Virus record (IMG/VR): IMGVR_UViG_3300024581_002302
Coordinates: 22,131-86,130 of that record
Length of the DNA: 64,000 nt
Origin: a virus
Strand: one strand, 5' to 3'
Part shown: in pieces, positions 24,336 through 35,200 of the stretch
Layout: each line of letters opens with the position of its first letter
How positions within the stretch are numbered: the stretch's first letter is position 1
Program-made: the position numbers and the translations under genes
Notes under the pieces: generated by a model
What the model was told of the DNA's origin: nothing
Database searches by the model: none
The model's input: only the letters and a program-made list of their open reading frames with translations

Positions 24336-26609
24336 ATGGCAAAGCAAGTTCAGTACAGAGGCGGCACTCAGTCCGCGTCTGAAATCTTCATCGGCGCTCC
24401 TCGCGAGATCACCGTCGACACCGACCTCAACACCCTGCGCGTTCACGACGGCTCGACCCCTGGTGGTCACCTGCTCGGGAAGTGGGACTTCGGGCCCCAG
24501 TACAAGGGCACCTGGAACGCAGACACCAACACCCCAGACCTGACCCAGCCCGGCGCTGTCGCTGGTGACTTCTACGTCGTCGCCGAACCTGGCCAGACAG
24601 AGATCAACGGATACGACAACTGGAACAACGGCGACCGGATCATCTGGTCGGGCAGCGCATGGGAGCAGATCCGCCCCCAGACCCTGGCCGACAGCACCAC
24701 GAACACCGTCGTCCTGAACACGAACACCGCAGTCTTCGCTGATGGTGACCCTGCCCAGTTCGCTCCCAGCGGGAAGTCCGGCTGGTTCTACGAGAACGAA
24801 CAAGGCAGGAAGATCAACTGGTACTTCTACGCGCTGAACCCGAACTTCAACTACACGATCGACGACTTCGAGGGGTTCTACTTCGTGTGGGAGAAGCTGA
24901 ACGACACCAGCTACTGCTTCATCAACATGTACACGATGCCCAAGCTCGGAGGCGGTAACGCTGCGAGCTGGTATCGCTCCCGTATCACCTTCGACAAGCG
25001 TGACGAGATGGAAGCGCTGCCCCCGGGCCGCTACCTCGTGCACATGGAAGGCGCCAACGTGGACGCCATCGAGCCCACCCTGACCCGCTTCGCTCTGCCG
25101 GTGAGTGCCTTCACCACCGTCGGTCCGCAGGATAGTGACGAGACCATCCAGACCATCTCGATCCAGACCTCCACCAACCACGACGCAGGCCACAACCGGT
25201 TCATCGTCAACAAGCTCGGCTACACCATCCGCGGCCAGCGTCAGGACTTCGATCTCGTCGCCCTGCCCCAGGCTCCGCCGAACTACTTCAACTACTACCG
25301 GGGCGCCTACGCCACCGCCGAGGACTATCCGGCATCTGCCGAGCTGGGTCAGTGGCTGATCAACAGCACAGACAACACCACGGTCGTCTGGGACGCTGAT
25401 GGTGGTCAGTGGGTGGCAACTGGTGCCGGCGCTTCTGCTGGTGCTCCTGCAGCGGCTTCTGTCGACTATCCCTTCCAGTACACGTACAGCAGCCTCGATG
25501 GCAGCGGCTACGGATACGCGAACGCCTACCCGACCGTCGAGTGGTCGAACTCCCCCGACGGCAAGATCCAGGCCAACACAGGCACCAACGGATCCGGAAG
25601 CGTGGCGAGCGACATCCTCGGCCGTCGCGTCAAGTTCGCAACCTTGAAGAACCCCGGCGACCAGGTGACCTTCCAGGCCACCGACAACGGCGGCGTCTAC
25701 AACCGCTACTGCATCATCGGCCTCGAGCCTGGCACTGATGCCAACGCCCTTTCCTGGAAGGTTGCAGGCCAGCCCGGCAGCGGCACCTCCTGGATGCTCA
25801 GCAACAGCGACGACTACTCGAAGGTGGTCCTCTACCACTCCTACATGGAGCCCTACTGGGGCGGCACCACCTACGGCCACAACCTGACATCCGCCAGGAA
25901 CTCCACTGGTCTGGCTGGCATCTCTGGCAATCAGGGCGAGCTTCCTATCACTTATCGCGTCGGCGACGACTATCGGATCGAGGTCTACATCGACGGGAAC
26001 TACTTCGTGAAGACGAACTCCGTCCCCTCCTCTGGTGTCGAGCTGTATCTGACGACCTACAGCAACACCGGCCGGACCTTCTATCAGCCCACAGGCAATG
26101 GTGCGAACTACATCAGCAACGGCTCAGCCGCTGCGACTGGCGCTCGCTTCTTCATGTCGAAGGTCGGCTTCCCTGCTGGCTCTCAGGAGATCTCCTCCGG
26201 CGGTGGCAGCTTCCTGTACAGCGCACAGAACCCAGGCGACGCAGCCGACGTCGAACTGGACTCTCAGGAGGCAAACGCTGCTCGCTTCTCCCGTGTGTTC
26301 GTCAACTACGGCGGAATGAGCGTGGCCGAGCGTGCCGAGTCCACTCTCCCCGTCGTCGAGTGTGACGAGAAGGTTCTGTCCCATGTCGAGTACCTGGCCC
26401 GGGGCTACTTCCACAGCCTCGACCTGACCGTCCCTGAGATCCAGGCCAAGATGGCCGAGTTCGCTGATGCTCTGGCCGCAGCTGTGGCCGGCTCAGTCGA
26501 GGTCACCCTGGCGATCCTTCAGGGAATGCTCGGCACCACCACCGAGCCCGACCTCTGCCAGGAGCTGATCGATGTGCTCACCGTTCACTTGTTGAAGTTC
26601 CCCCGCTGA
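24336..26609 (+). CDS. Tail fibre/receptor-binding protein with Mtd_N-like N-terminus
   Basis: QYRGGT..FIGAPREITVDTDLNTLRVHDGSTPGG; 757 aa from ATG 24336. Confidence 0.8.
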   Translation: MAKQVQYRGGTQSASEIFIGAPREITVDTDLNTLRVHDGSTPGGHLLGKWDFGPQYKGTWNADTNTPDLTQPGAVAGDFYVVAEPGQTEINGYDNWNNGDRIIWSGSAWEQIRPQTLADSTTNTVVLNTNTAVFADGDPAQFAPSGKSGWFYENEQGRKINWYFYALNPNFNYTIDDFEGFYFVWEKLNDTSYCFINMYTMPKLGGGNAASWYRSRITFDKRDEMEALPPGRYLVHMEGANVDAIEPTLTRFALPVSAFTTVGPQDSDETIQTISIQTSTNHDAGHNRFIVNKLGYTIRGQRQDFDLVALPQAPPNYFNYYRGAYATAEDYPASAELGQWLINSTDNTTVVWDADGGQWVATGAGASAGAPAAASVDYPFQYTYSSLDGSGYGYANAYPTVEWSNSPDGKIQANTGTNGSGSVASDILGRRVKFATLKNPGDQVTFQATDNGGVYNRYCIIGLEPGTDANALSWKVAGQPGSGTSWMLSNSDDYSKVVLYHSYMEPYWGGTTYGHNLTSARNSTGLAGISGNQGELPITYRVGDDYRIEVYIDGNYFVKTNSVPSSGVELYLTTYSNTGRTFYQPTGNGANYISNGSAAATGARFFMSKVGFPAGSQEISSGGGSFLYSAQNPGDAADVELDSQEANAARFSRVFVNYGGMSVAERAESTLPVVECDEKVLSHVEYLARGYFHSLDLTVPEIQAKMAEFADALAAAVAGSVEVTLAILQGMLGTTTEPDLCQELIDVLTVHLLKFPR

Positions 26610-26627
26610 TCACATCCACAAGACCAG

Positions 26628-26654
26628 GCCGCTCCTCCGGGGGCGGCTTTTTTT
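26628..26654 (+). terminator. Intrinsic terminator
   Basis: GCCGCTCC-TCCG-GGGGCGGC followed by T7. Confidence 0.8.
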
Positions 26655-26690
26655 GTGAATGGAAGCCTGTTCTGTCGCGAGTCTGGCCCG

Positions 26691-27950
26691 ATGAACCTGG
26701 AGCAGATCAAAAACCAGATCCAGGCGAATGCAATCCTCGGCGCACTTCTCAGCGACGGCTCGATCACCGTCGTGTACAAGCAACCGACAACAGACGAGGC
26801 CCTCCTGTTCCGCACCTGGGAAGTCGAGGTCCTGATCGTCGACGACGTGTACACCGACCAGGTCCGTCGCTCTCTTGATTCGCTCGGGTATCAGCTGGTG
26901 CAGCTGGGGAGCCGGATCAAGGCATCGAAGGACGTGGCGATCACGACAGAAGAACGTGCTCGCATCCAGGCAGCAGAAGACGCAGCGAAGGAAGCACAAC
27001 AGCAGGCCAAGGCCGCGGCCAAGGAGCAAGCAACAGCAGGAACGCTCGCCGAGCTACAGGCGCAGATCAACGAACTGCAGGAAGACGTCGACCTGATGGG
27101 TCTGATCCGTCCAGCCAGCGGATCACAAGGAGCCAGGGGCCCGCAGGGCGTGGCAGGGCGTGATGGTCGAGACCTCGACGCGACACGGGTCAGCCTGAGC
27201 GACCTGGCCGATGTCACTGATCAGGTCCCCGAGCAGGGGCAGATCATCATGTGGCAGGAGGGCACGCAGCAATGGGAGCTGCGCTACCCGCCTCAGTCCG
27301 CACAGATGATCGGCGGCGGGGGTGGTGGCAATAGTGGCGGCGGAGACACTGGTGGCGGTGGTGCTGGCATGGAGCACTGGCACGAATCAGAAAGCGGTGA
27401 CCTCATCCCGAACGATCACAACCAGAACCTCGGCACGCTCGAGCAACCTGTCGGTGAGTTGTACATCACCGGCCAGACGGTCTACGTCGACGGGATTCCC
27501 CTCAGCCTGAACGCGAACAGCAGGCTGCAATTCGACGGGAACCAGCTCGGCTATGGAGACGGCGAAGTCGAAGAGGCTCCGCTCGATGGCAAGTACTACG
27601 TGCGCTACATGGGCTCGTGGGTTGAAAGCACCAGCGGCGGGCCGGCGGATTTCGATCCGAACTCAACCATCGACGGCGGCAACCTCGACGACGGAACCGC
27701 ACAGAACGGCCCGGACGCATTCGATGGCGGTGACTTCGAGACAGGAATCTCGATCGGCTCTGGCAACAGCAGGGTCGACGGTGGCGACTTCACAGCCGAC
27801 CCGATGGTGGTCATGGCCCTGCAGCTGGAGGCCAAGGACGCACAGATCGCAGACCTGCAGCAGCAGATGGCAGATGTGCTCGCCAGGCTCACCGCACTCG
27901 AGAGCAGCGACAGCTCGGACGGCGGCAGCTGGGACGCCGGCGGCTTCTGA
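26691..27950 (+). CDS. Structural protein with coiled coil, short collagen stretch and DGGxF repeats
   Basis: GSQGARGPQGVAGRDG; IDGGNL, FDGGDF, VDGGDF, WDAGGF. Confidence 0.75.
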   Translation: MNLEQIKNQIQANAILGALLSDGSITVVYKQPTTDEALLFRTWEVEVLIVDDVYTDQVRRSLDSLGYQLVQLGSRIKASKDVAITTEERARIQAAEDAAKEAQQQAKAAAKEQATAGTLAELQAQINELQEDVDLMGLIRPASGSQGARGPQGVAGRDGRDLDATRVSLSDLADVTDQVPEQGQIIMWQEGTQQWELRYPPQSAQMIGGGGGGNSGGGDTGGGGAGMEHWHESESGDLIPNDHNQNLGTLEQPVGELYITGQTVYVDGIPLSLNANSRLQFDGNQLGYGDGEVEEAPLDGKYYVRYMGSWVESTSGGPADFDPNSTIDGGNLDDGTAQNGPDAFDGGDFETGISIGSGNSRVDGGDFTADPMVVMALQLEAKDAQIADLQQQMADVLARLTALESSDSSDGGSWDAGGF

Positions 27951-27985
27951 CTTCTGGAAGCCTGACCTGAAGCAAAGGTCGCGCC

Positions 27986-28864
27986 ATGACTGTCCCCTCG
28001 CCACGGAACAAACTTCTGCCAGCGCGCGGTGAGTACGCGACGCTCGAAGCAGCGAAGCAGAGCCTGTTCGAGGGTGAGTTCGTCTGGGCGAAGGACACGA
28101 ACAAGTACTACCAAGTCGTCGACGGTGAACTGGCACCCGTCACCGTCAACCCGAACGAACTGGCGCTCGTCAGCGGATCGATCGCCACCGTCGAGGCCAA
28201 GGCTGACCAGAACACATCAGACATCGCGCTGAACAGCCAGAGCATCGTCGACGAAGCGGGGCTGCGCTCGTTCAACGACATAGCACTGCAGACCCAGATC
28301 AACGCGAAGGCCGACCTGATCGACGGCAAGATCCCGACGTCTCAGGTCCCAGGGATCGCGATCTCCGAGTTCCTGGGCGAGGTGGCTGATGAGGCCGCGA
28401 TGCTCGCCCTCGTAGGAGAGAAGGGCGACTGGTGCATCCGCACCGACGTGAGTGACACCTACGTGATCACCGGAGACGATCCATCCGTTCTCTCGAGCTG
28501 GACAGAACTGGCCAGCCCTGGCGGTGCTGTCGCCAGCGTGAACAATCAGACCGGAGCCGTCGTTCTTGGCGCTGCTGATGTGGGCGCTGCAACAGCCGCC
28601 CAGGGCGCCATTGCCGATTCCGCCATTCAGCCAGGCGATGCGATCAGCCAGCTGATCAACGACAGCGGATACATCACCGCAGCAGATGTCCCGGCCGCTC
28701 CTGATGTTCCGACCAAGACCTCCGACCTGACAAACGACTCGGGATTCATCACAGCAGCAGAAGCACCGGTGCAGCCCGGCGACCTGTTCTCCGGCTCATA
28801 CAACGACTTGACCGACAAGCCGGACAACGCCCTGAACCTCGCCGCTCTGCCTGAACTGCCATGA
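27986..28864 (+). CDS. Tail fibre-like protein
   Basis: NDSG(Y/F)IT repeats, SVNNQTGAV, SGSYNDLTDKP. Confidence 0.75.
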   Translation: MTVPSPRNKLLPARGEYATLEAAKQSLFEGEFVWAKDTNKYYQVVDGELAPVTVNPNELALVSGSIATVEAKADQNTSDIALNSQSIVDEAGLRSFNDIALQTQINAKADLIDGKIPTSQVPGIAISEFLGEVADEAAMLALVGEKGDWCIRTDVSDTYVITGDDPSVLSSWTELASPGGAVASVNNQTGAVVLGAADVGAATAAQGAIADSAIQPGDAISQLINDSGYITAADVPAAPDVPTKTSDLTNDSGFITAAEAPVQPGDLFSGSYNDLTDKPDNALNLAALPELP

Positions 28865-30714
28865 GCACCCTGAACGACGCCGACCTCCTCCTGGTCGAAC
28901 GCAACGGCATCCAGTACCACGTCACATCCGCCGACATGAGCAACCTCAACGACACCGACCTCCTGCTCGTCGAGCGCGATGGGGTTCAGTACAAGATCGA
29001 AGCCCAGTATGTGAAGTCGCTGGCCAACAACCTGAACCCAGCGATCCCTCCCTTCGTCAGTCAGTCCGGCCCTGAGACTGTTGTCGGCAACAGCGACGGC
29101 AAGGTCCAGTTCTCGCTGGATGGCACCAACTGGCAAAGCTCGCTCACCATTCCGCCCGAGACCCTTTATTACAGCGACTGGACGAGCGACATCCTCTCGG
29201 CTGCCCACGGGAGCCAGTACACGACCTCGATCAACGTGGGCTACCCGAACGTGGGGGCCGCTCAGGACATCGAGCTGGGTCTGAGCATCGACAAGCTGCC
29301 TGATCCCTTCGCCCTTGACAACCTGACGGACGTCGTCGGCCTGCTGCAGTACACGTCGAACACCATCTCCCCGCTGAGCACTATCAACGCCCCGACTTCC
29401 ATCTGGGGCAGCAGTGACGCAACCGACCCCGAGATCGCAATCGCTGACGGCGACTGGGAGCCACTGCCCACGACACCCGACACTCGCTACGTGAACATGA
29501 ACGCGCGCGTCCGCGTTCGTCACACAGCAGGGGCCGCGGAGGACTATCCGTTCACCACAACACTGAACATCGGATACGGAACCGCCGCTGGCGAATACGA
29601 GACCAGCGACTTCGTGACCAGGACGGCAAACGTTGTTTACCTCACGCCGACCATCACGCCGGTCGACGGGGTCTTGATCAACAAGGACTCCGCAGTGTTC
29701 ACGATGTCCGATCCTGTCGGGGCGAACATCAACCACGTGGCCACCGACTGGGAGTTCGCTTCAGACTCGGGCTACACCAACATCTTCGCCTCATCGCTCA
29801 ACGATTCGAGCAACCTGTTGAGCTACACACTCACCGGGCTGAGTGAAGGCCAGACGGTCTACGCCCGGGCCAGGTTCATCGACGCTTCGACGGTGGTCTC
29901 GCCTTACGCTACGAGCCCAGCCCTTACGGCCCGAGAGTACTTCTTCTGGCGCTTCCAGATCCGCATTCAGGGCGGCCAAGGCGGTGGCGATGCCTTTGGC
30001 AAGCAGGCAGGTGGCTCCGGTGGCAGCGGCTACGTCGTACTCGAATCGACCGAAGCTTCGGTGGCGCCTACGGGCTCCATCGAGCGCTACGACGGCACCA
30101 ACGGCTACCACTACGACAACCAGGGCGGCACTGCAGACGGAGCCTTCGGCTTCGACGGCGGTTCGTACAGCCACAAATACGGCGGCGGTGGCGGCGGTGC
30201 AGGTGCATTCAAGCTGAACGGCACTCTGATCGCTGGTGTTGGCGGTGGCGGCGGTGCAGCTGCCGGCGGTAGCGCTGACCACGAGCGCAACAACAACCGT
30301 GGTGGCAATGGCGCAGGCCTGCCCTCTGCAGCTGGTGAGCGCGGCTACACGGTCGGCTGGAAGACCTACTTCGAGAACGGTGGCACGTCTAGCAGCACGG
30401 GCTCCTCAGGTGAGAACGGCGGAGGCAGCAGCGGAAGCGCATCTGGCGCGGGTGGCGGCGGCTTCGGCGGTGGCGGCGGCGGCCAGGTCCACGACGACCG
30501 CAACAGCCAAGGCGGCGGTGGTGGTGGTTCCTGGAACCAGTCCATCGGCTACTTGCAAGACGGTTATCAGATAACCCAAGCCCAGGACACCAGCTTCACA
30601 GGCAGCACCAACCAGGTCGCCAAGTACAAGGCGCCAATCAGCAGCCCCACGAGTTGGACCCTCGTCGGACAAAACGACAGCAGCGGCGTCATTGATCTGA
30701 ACAGCGGAGTTTGA
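28861..30714 (+). CDS. Tail fibre-like protein with Gly-rich C-terminal domain
   Basis: Duplicated LND.DLLLVER.G.QY N-terminus; GGGG-rich C-terminus. Confidence 0.75.
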   Translation: MSTLNDADLLLVERNGIQYHVTSADMSNLNDTDLLLVERDGVQYKIEAQYVKSLANNLNPAIPPFVSQSGPETVVGNSDGKVQFSLDGTNWQSSLTIPPETLYYSDWTSDILSAAHGSQYTTSINVGYPNVGAAQDIELGLSIDKLPDPFALDNLTDVVGLLQYTSNTISPLSTINAPTSIWGSSDATDPEIAIADGDWEPLPTTPDTRYVNMNARVRVRHTAGAAEDYPFTTTLNIGYGTAAGEYETSDFVTRTANVVYLTPTITPVDGVLINKDSAVFTMSDPVGANINHVATDWEFASDSGYTNIFASSLNDSSNLLSYTLTGLSEGQTVYARARFIDASTVVSPYATSPALTAREYFFWRFQIRIQGGQGGGDAFGKQAGGSGGSGYVVLESTEASVAPTGSIERYDGTNGYHYDNQGGTADGAFGFDGGSYSHKYGGGGGGAGAFKLNGTLIAGVGGGGGAAAGGSADHERNNNRGGNGAGLPSAAGERGYTVGWKTYFENGGTSSSTGSSGENGGGSSGSASGAGGGGFGGGGGGQVHDDRNSQGGGGGGSWNQSIGYLQDGYQITQAQDTSFTGSTNQVAKYKAPISSPTSWTLVGQNDSSGVIDLNSGV

Positions 30715-30800
30715 GATAAACCGGCTCCGGAAGCCTTGGAACAGAAGGGGCAGGTCCATCCGTCGCCCCGACCTGTCCACCTACACGGAGACCCCCTTCC

Positions 30801-31430
30801 ATGGCTTCCTGTTCCCAGTACTCTGCAGCCTTCGGCTATCAGGTCTACATCGTGCCCGTCGATGGCTGCGGTGTTGACCTGACTTCCGTCACCGGCGGCG
30901 TGAAGGCTGGCGGATTCATCGATCCGACCACCATCGCCGACCAGACCGCCAAGGTCGAAGAAGGCGCAACCCCTAACCAGATCCTTCTCGAAGACGCGAA
31001 CATCGTCTACGACAACGACGTGATCACCACCCAGACCGTCTTGCGTCTGTATGGCCTCACCAACGCCGCGCTCGAGACCGACACCTCCAGCGAGACCGTC
31101 CAGACCTACGACACCGAGTCCAAAGGTTTCGACCAGTCCATCGCTACCTCCAAGAGCTGGAGCATCTCCCTCGAGGGCGTGTCCCAGTTCGGCGACGCCG
31201 GCTACAAGACCCTGCGTCTGCTCGAGCAGAACGCCGTGGCTGGTGCACTGAAGTGCAAGATCGGCCGCGTCGGCCCTACCGGCACCACTGAGGCTGTCTA
31301 CGGCTACGTGACCCTGACCGGCTTCTCTGAGTCCATCGAGGCTGGCTCCATCGTGTCCTGGAGCGTTACGGCTACCGGATACGGCGGTTATGCCCTGGAT
31401 CTCGACAACGGCACCGACGCCCCTGAGTAG
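30801..31430 (+). CDS. Major tail (tube) protein
   Basis: 209 aa; very strong codon bias; SKSWSISLEG and FSESIEAGSIVSWS; position before the tape measure gene. Confidence 0.8.
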   Translation: MASCSQYSAAFGYQVYIVPVDGCGVDLTSVTGGVKAGGFIDPTTIADQTAKVEEGATPNQILLEDANIVYDNDVITTQTVLRLYGLTNAALETDTSSETVQTYDTESKGFDQSIATSKSWSISLEGVSQFGDAGYKTLRLLEQNAVAGALKCKIGRVGPTGTTEAVYGYVTLTGFSESIEAGSIVSWSVTATGYGGYALDLDNGTDAPE

Positions 31431-32006
31431 CTGACAGGAGGGGTCGCCTCCTTGACAGTTACTGATGCCGGAACCGGCATCGTCGACGACACCTACGCCG
31501 CTCAAGGTCTCACCACCACGAGCGGCTCTGGGGCTAACGCCACCGCAGACATCGAAGTCTCTGGTGGCTCAGTCGTCTCCATCAGCCCAGTGGCCGCAGG
31601 TACCGGGTACAAGGTCGGAGACACCATCTCCGCATCTCTCCCCAGCGAGCCTGTCGTCACTCCTGGAACCGGTGAAGCTCTCACCGCCTCCTTCGCTGGA
31701 GGAACAGGCCTCGACGCTTCTGATGGAACCGTCAGCATCACCGCCTCCGAAGGTGTCTTATCTGCAGGCATCGGAGCCGACGCTGAGTTCGACGTCACCA
31801 TCACAAGCGGAGAAGTCACAGCCGTCGCCATCACAGCAGGCGGCACCGGTTACGAGGCAGGCGACGAGATCACCTTCGATCCCACCGTCGTCCTCGGATC
31901 TACAACCGGAACCGACTTGGTCGTCACCATCGACACCGTCGACGAAGACACCACATCCGCTGGTCCCAGCGTCACCATCACCGCAGAAATCGCAACCATC
32001 AGCTGA
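31431..32006 (+). CDS. In-frame extension of the major tail protein (read-through) or a separate TTG-started decoration protein
   Basis: Same frame, open directly after TAG 31428-31430; two GA.A...V.GG.V......GTGY..GD repeats. Confidence 0.7.
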   Translation: MTGGVASLTVTDAGTGIVDDTYAAQGLTTTSGSGANATADIEVSGGSVVSISPVAAGTGYKVGDTISASLPSEPVVTPGTGEALTASFAGGTGLDASDGTVSITASEGVLSAGIGADAEFDVTITSGEVTAVAITAGGTGYEAGDEITFDPTVVLGSTTGTDLVVTIDTVDEDTTSAGPSVTITAEIATIS

Positions 32007-32064
32007 TCGTTTCCCCACCTACCTCTCCGCGACCCAGAGGCAAGGACAAGAACGATCGGAAGAC

Positions 32065-32087
32065 AAGGGCCTTCGGGCCCTTTTTTT
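32065..32087 (+). terminator. Intrinsic terminator
   Basis: AAGGGCC-TTCG-GGCCCTT followed by a T run. Confidence 0.9.
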
Positions 32088-32264
32088 ATGCACGTTCCCC
32101 AGCCCATCTACGAGCAGCGCATGGCGGTGTGCGGAGACTGCACACGCTTCGAGCGAACACGCGGGCAGTGCCAGGCCTGCGGCTGCTTTATGACCGTGAA
32201 AGCACGAGGAGCCCATACCACTTGCCCCATGGGGCTCTGGGAACCATGGAGGCCGGAAGCCTGA
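32088..32264 (+). CDS. Small Cys-cluster protein, DUF6171-like (58 aa)
   Basis: RMAVCGDC...CQACGCF..KA.....CP..LW; missing from the ORF track. Confidence 0.7.
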   Translation: MHVPQPIYEQRMAVCGDCTRFERTRGQCQACGCFMTVKARGAHTTCPMGLWEPWRPEA

Positions 32265-32287
32265 TCTGAATGTTCGGACAGTGAGCT

Positions 32288-35200
32288 GTGGCAGGCCTCG
32301 GTGAAGTCAAAATTGACGTAGGCCTAAATACAGCGCCTGCCGAGGCGCAGCTGACGTCGTTCTTCGGGAAGATCGGCAACCAGCAGGTGAAGGACCCTCT
32401 GAAGGGTCTGGACAAGTCATTCGGCAAGACAGCAGAGCAAGCGAAGAAGCTCGGCTTCGAGTGGGATTCCACCACCAAGAAATTCAAGAGCGACCAGGGG
32501 TTCACCCAGACGGTCGACCAGATGAACAAGACCCTCAAGAACCTTGGGGGCACAACAAAGAAGAGCGCGCAGGACTTCGACAACCTGGCGAAACGGGTCA
32601 AGGGATCCGCCGACCAGTGGAAGTTCCTCACCGGAGGAGCACAGCAGCTTCAGCAACAGCTCAGCGGTGTCTCCAGCAGCGCACAGAAGACCTCGAAGGA
32701 TCTCCAGGGTCTGGGCAAGGGTGACAGCCTGAAGACGGTCAGCGGCTCCTCGAAGACTGCAGCGACGAACATCAAGCTGCTCGGGACGTCTGTCCAGACA
32801 ACGAACAACCAGCTGAAGGGACTCGGCGGCGGCGCGAAGCAGGGCCTCGATGGAATCGGTGCGTCAGCCAAGACCGCAGGGACCAGCATCAACGGCCTGT
32901 CGAAGGGTGCACAGACCCTCGGCTCTGCCTTCGTCAGCCTGGGCAAGCAGAAGCCCCTCGTCCCGATTGCGACCAGCCTGAAGACCCTCTCGACGCAGGT
33001 CCCAGGTGTTGCTCAGAAATTCACCACCCTCGGACAGTCCGTCGCGAAGGCAGGCCAGGGAACCCAGTTCCGCACACTCGGCCAGCAGCTGAACTCCCTC
33101 GTCGCTCCGGCGCAGAACGCAGCCAAGGGTGTCGACGGACTCGAGAAGGAATTCAAGGAAGCCGGCCAGCAGGGCCAGACCTTCTCCGGTCAGATCCAGC
33201 AGGGCTTCCAGCAGATCCTCCAGGGCATCCCGACAGGCATCGGAATCGCCATCGGTCAGCAGCTGCTCGCACCACTGCAGCAGGTGACGCAGATCATCCC
33301 GGCAGCTGTCGCTGAATTCAGGGCGCTCGAGGAATCGATCTCCCTGACGGTGGCCATCATCAACGGATCAGCGGCTGAGTTCAGCGCACTCTCTGAGTCG
33401 ATCCTGAAGGTCTCCTCGAACTCCGCAGCAACGGCCCAGGAGGTCGGCGGTGTGGCTCAGTCCCTTGCACGTGCGGGCTTCTCCCTCCAGGAGATCGACG
33501 CGGCTCTGGCTGGCGTGGTCAACGGCGCAGAAGCAACCGGCACCAGCTACGAGGCGATGGGTCAGATCGTGGTGAACGCTCTGGGCGCCTATGGCCTGGC
33601 AGCAGAAGAAGCGGGCACGGTCTCCGACTCCCTGACCGTTGCGGCCAACAACTCGAACCAGTCCGTCACCGACCTGGGCGAGGCCCTGAAGTACGTCGGC
33701 CCGATCGCCGCGGCAACTGGCCAGGACTTGAACGACACAGCCCTCGCGCTGCAGCTGCTCGCAGACTCAGGCATCAGAGGCTCACAGGCTGGAACCAGCT
33801 TCCGGACAATCCTCACGAACCTGCAGATCGCCGCCTCCGGTGCGGGTGAGGAATTCATGGGTCTGTCCCGTGGATCAGCTCGTCTCGAGAAGGCTCTGAA
33901 GCTGATCGGCGCCAACATGACCGACGCGAACGGTGAGCTGCTCACCGGTGCGGATCTGATCAAGGAGCTGCAGCGCTCGATGGAAGGCCTCTCTAACGGC
34001 GAGAAGGCTCTGGTCTCGAAGGCCCTGGCCGGCTCTGAAGGTCTGCCTGCACTGAACACCCTGATCTCCGCCAGTGGCGAAAAGGTCGACGAACTGGCAG
34101 ACAAGCTGGAGAACAGCGCAGGCGCTGCAGCTGATGCAACCGCCAAGGCCCTGTCCGGACTGTCTGGTTCGTTCAAGCTGCTGCAGTCGAACATCTCCGC
34201 GTTCCTGGTTCAGATCGGCGGTGTGATCGCGACCGTCCTGAAGCCCCTGGTGGACCTCGTCACCGCGGTGATCTCAGGGTTCAACAACCTGCCCGGACCG
34301 ATCAAGAACGTGATCACCGTCCTCGCACTGCTAGCGGCAGGCATTGCCGCCGTGAACGTGGCGATGGTGGCCCTGCAGGCTGCAACCACGAGCGCATTCG
34401 GTCAGAAGGTGACCGCAGCGGTGGCGCAGTTCGCGACCACGATCACCCAGGCCAACATCTCCGGAGCGATCTCTGGCTGGATCGGATCGATCGGGACGCT
34501 GGCCAGCACCTTGAACAAGAACATGATCAAGGGCCTCGGCCTTGCAACTGAGGCGATCCTGAAGTTCAGGAAGCAGCTGGTCGATGTCGCCTCGAAGGGC
34601 TTCTCGACATTCATGTCCGCGATCCAAGGAATCTCCTTCAAGGACTTCACCTCCGGGGTGAAGCAGGCCGCGATCGCAATCAAGACGAAGATGGTCGCCG
34701 CCATGGCCACAGGCAAGGGTGCAGCCGCTGGTCTTGCTGCTGCGTTCGGCCCGCTCGTCGCTTCGATCGGCGCGTTCCTTGTTGCCGCCGCACCATTCAT
34801 CGCGATCGCTGGAGCTATCGCCGGAGCGATCATCCTGATCAAGCGGAACGTCGACTCCTACAACGCCGTCGCGAAACCTCTGAAGAAGTCGACCGAAACG
34901 CTCACGAAGTCCATGAAGGACACCGCCGAAGGTGCCAAGGACGCCGGCGAAGGCTTTAAGAGCTGGGGCGATCGGATCTTCGGGATTCTTGGCCCCTTCG
35001 ACAAGTTCTTCTCGATGCTGATCCCCGGCTACAAGCTGGTGAAGGACTTCCTGAACATCCTCGGCAACGTCGAGAACTGGGCCAGGAACCAGAGCGCGAT
35101 CCTGGCTGCCAACAACGCCCAGGCCGAGTTCCAGCGCGAACTCGACAAGTCGAACGCGAAGATCGAGGCGAACCGTCAGGCCTTGGCCAGCGGGACGCTG

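Noticed and set aside
24165-25880. 571-aa minus-strand ORF
   Set aside because: Antisense shadow of the tail fibre gene; GC-rich third positions suppress stops; no motif or start signal
24336-26609. Diversity-generating retroelement suggested by the Mtd_N-like domain
   Set aside because: No reverse transcriptase and no template/variable repeat pair seen in the window
31428-31430. Genome-wide amber recoding
   Set aside because: Other TAG stops (11469, 22389, 54461) are followed by in-frame stops within a few codons, and long genes contain no internal TAG
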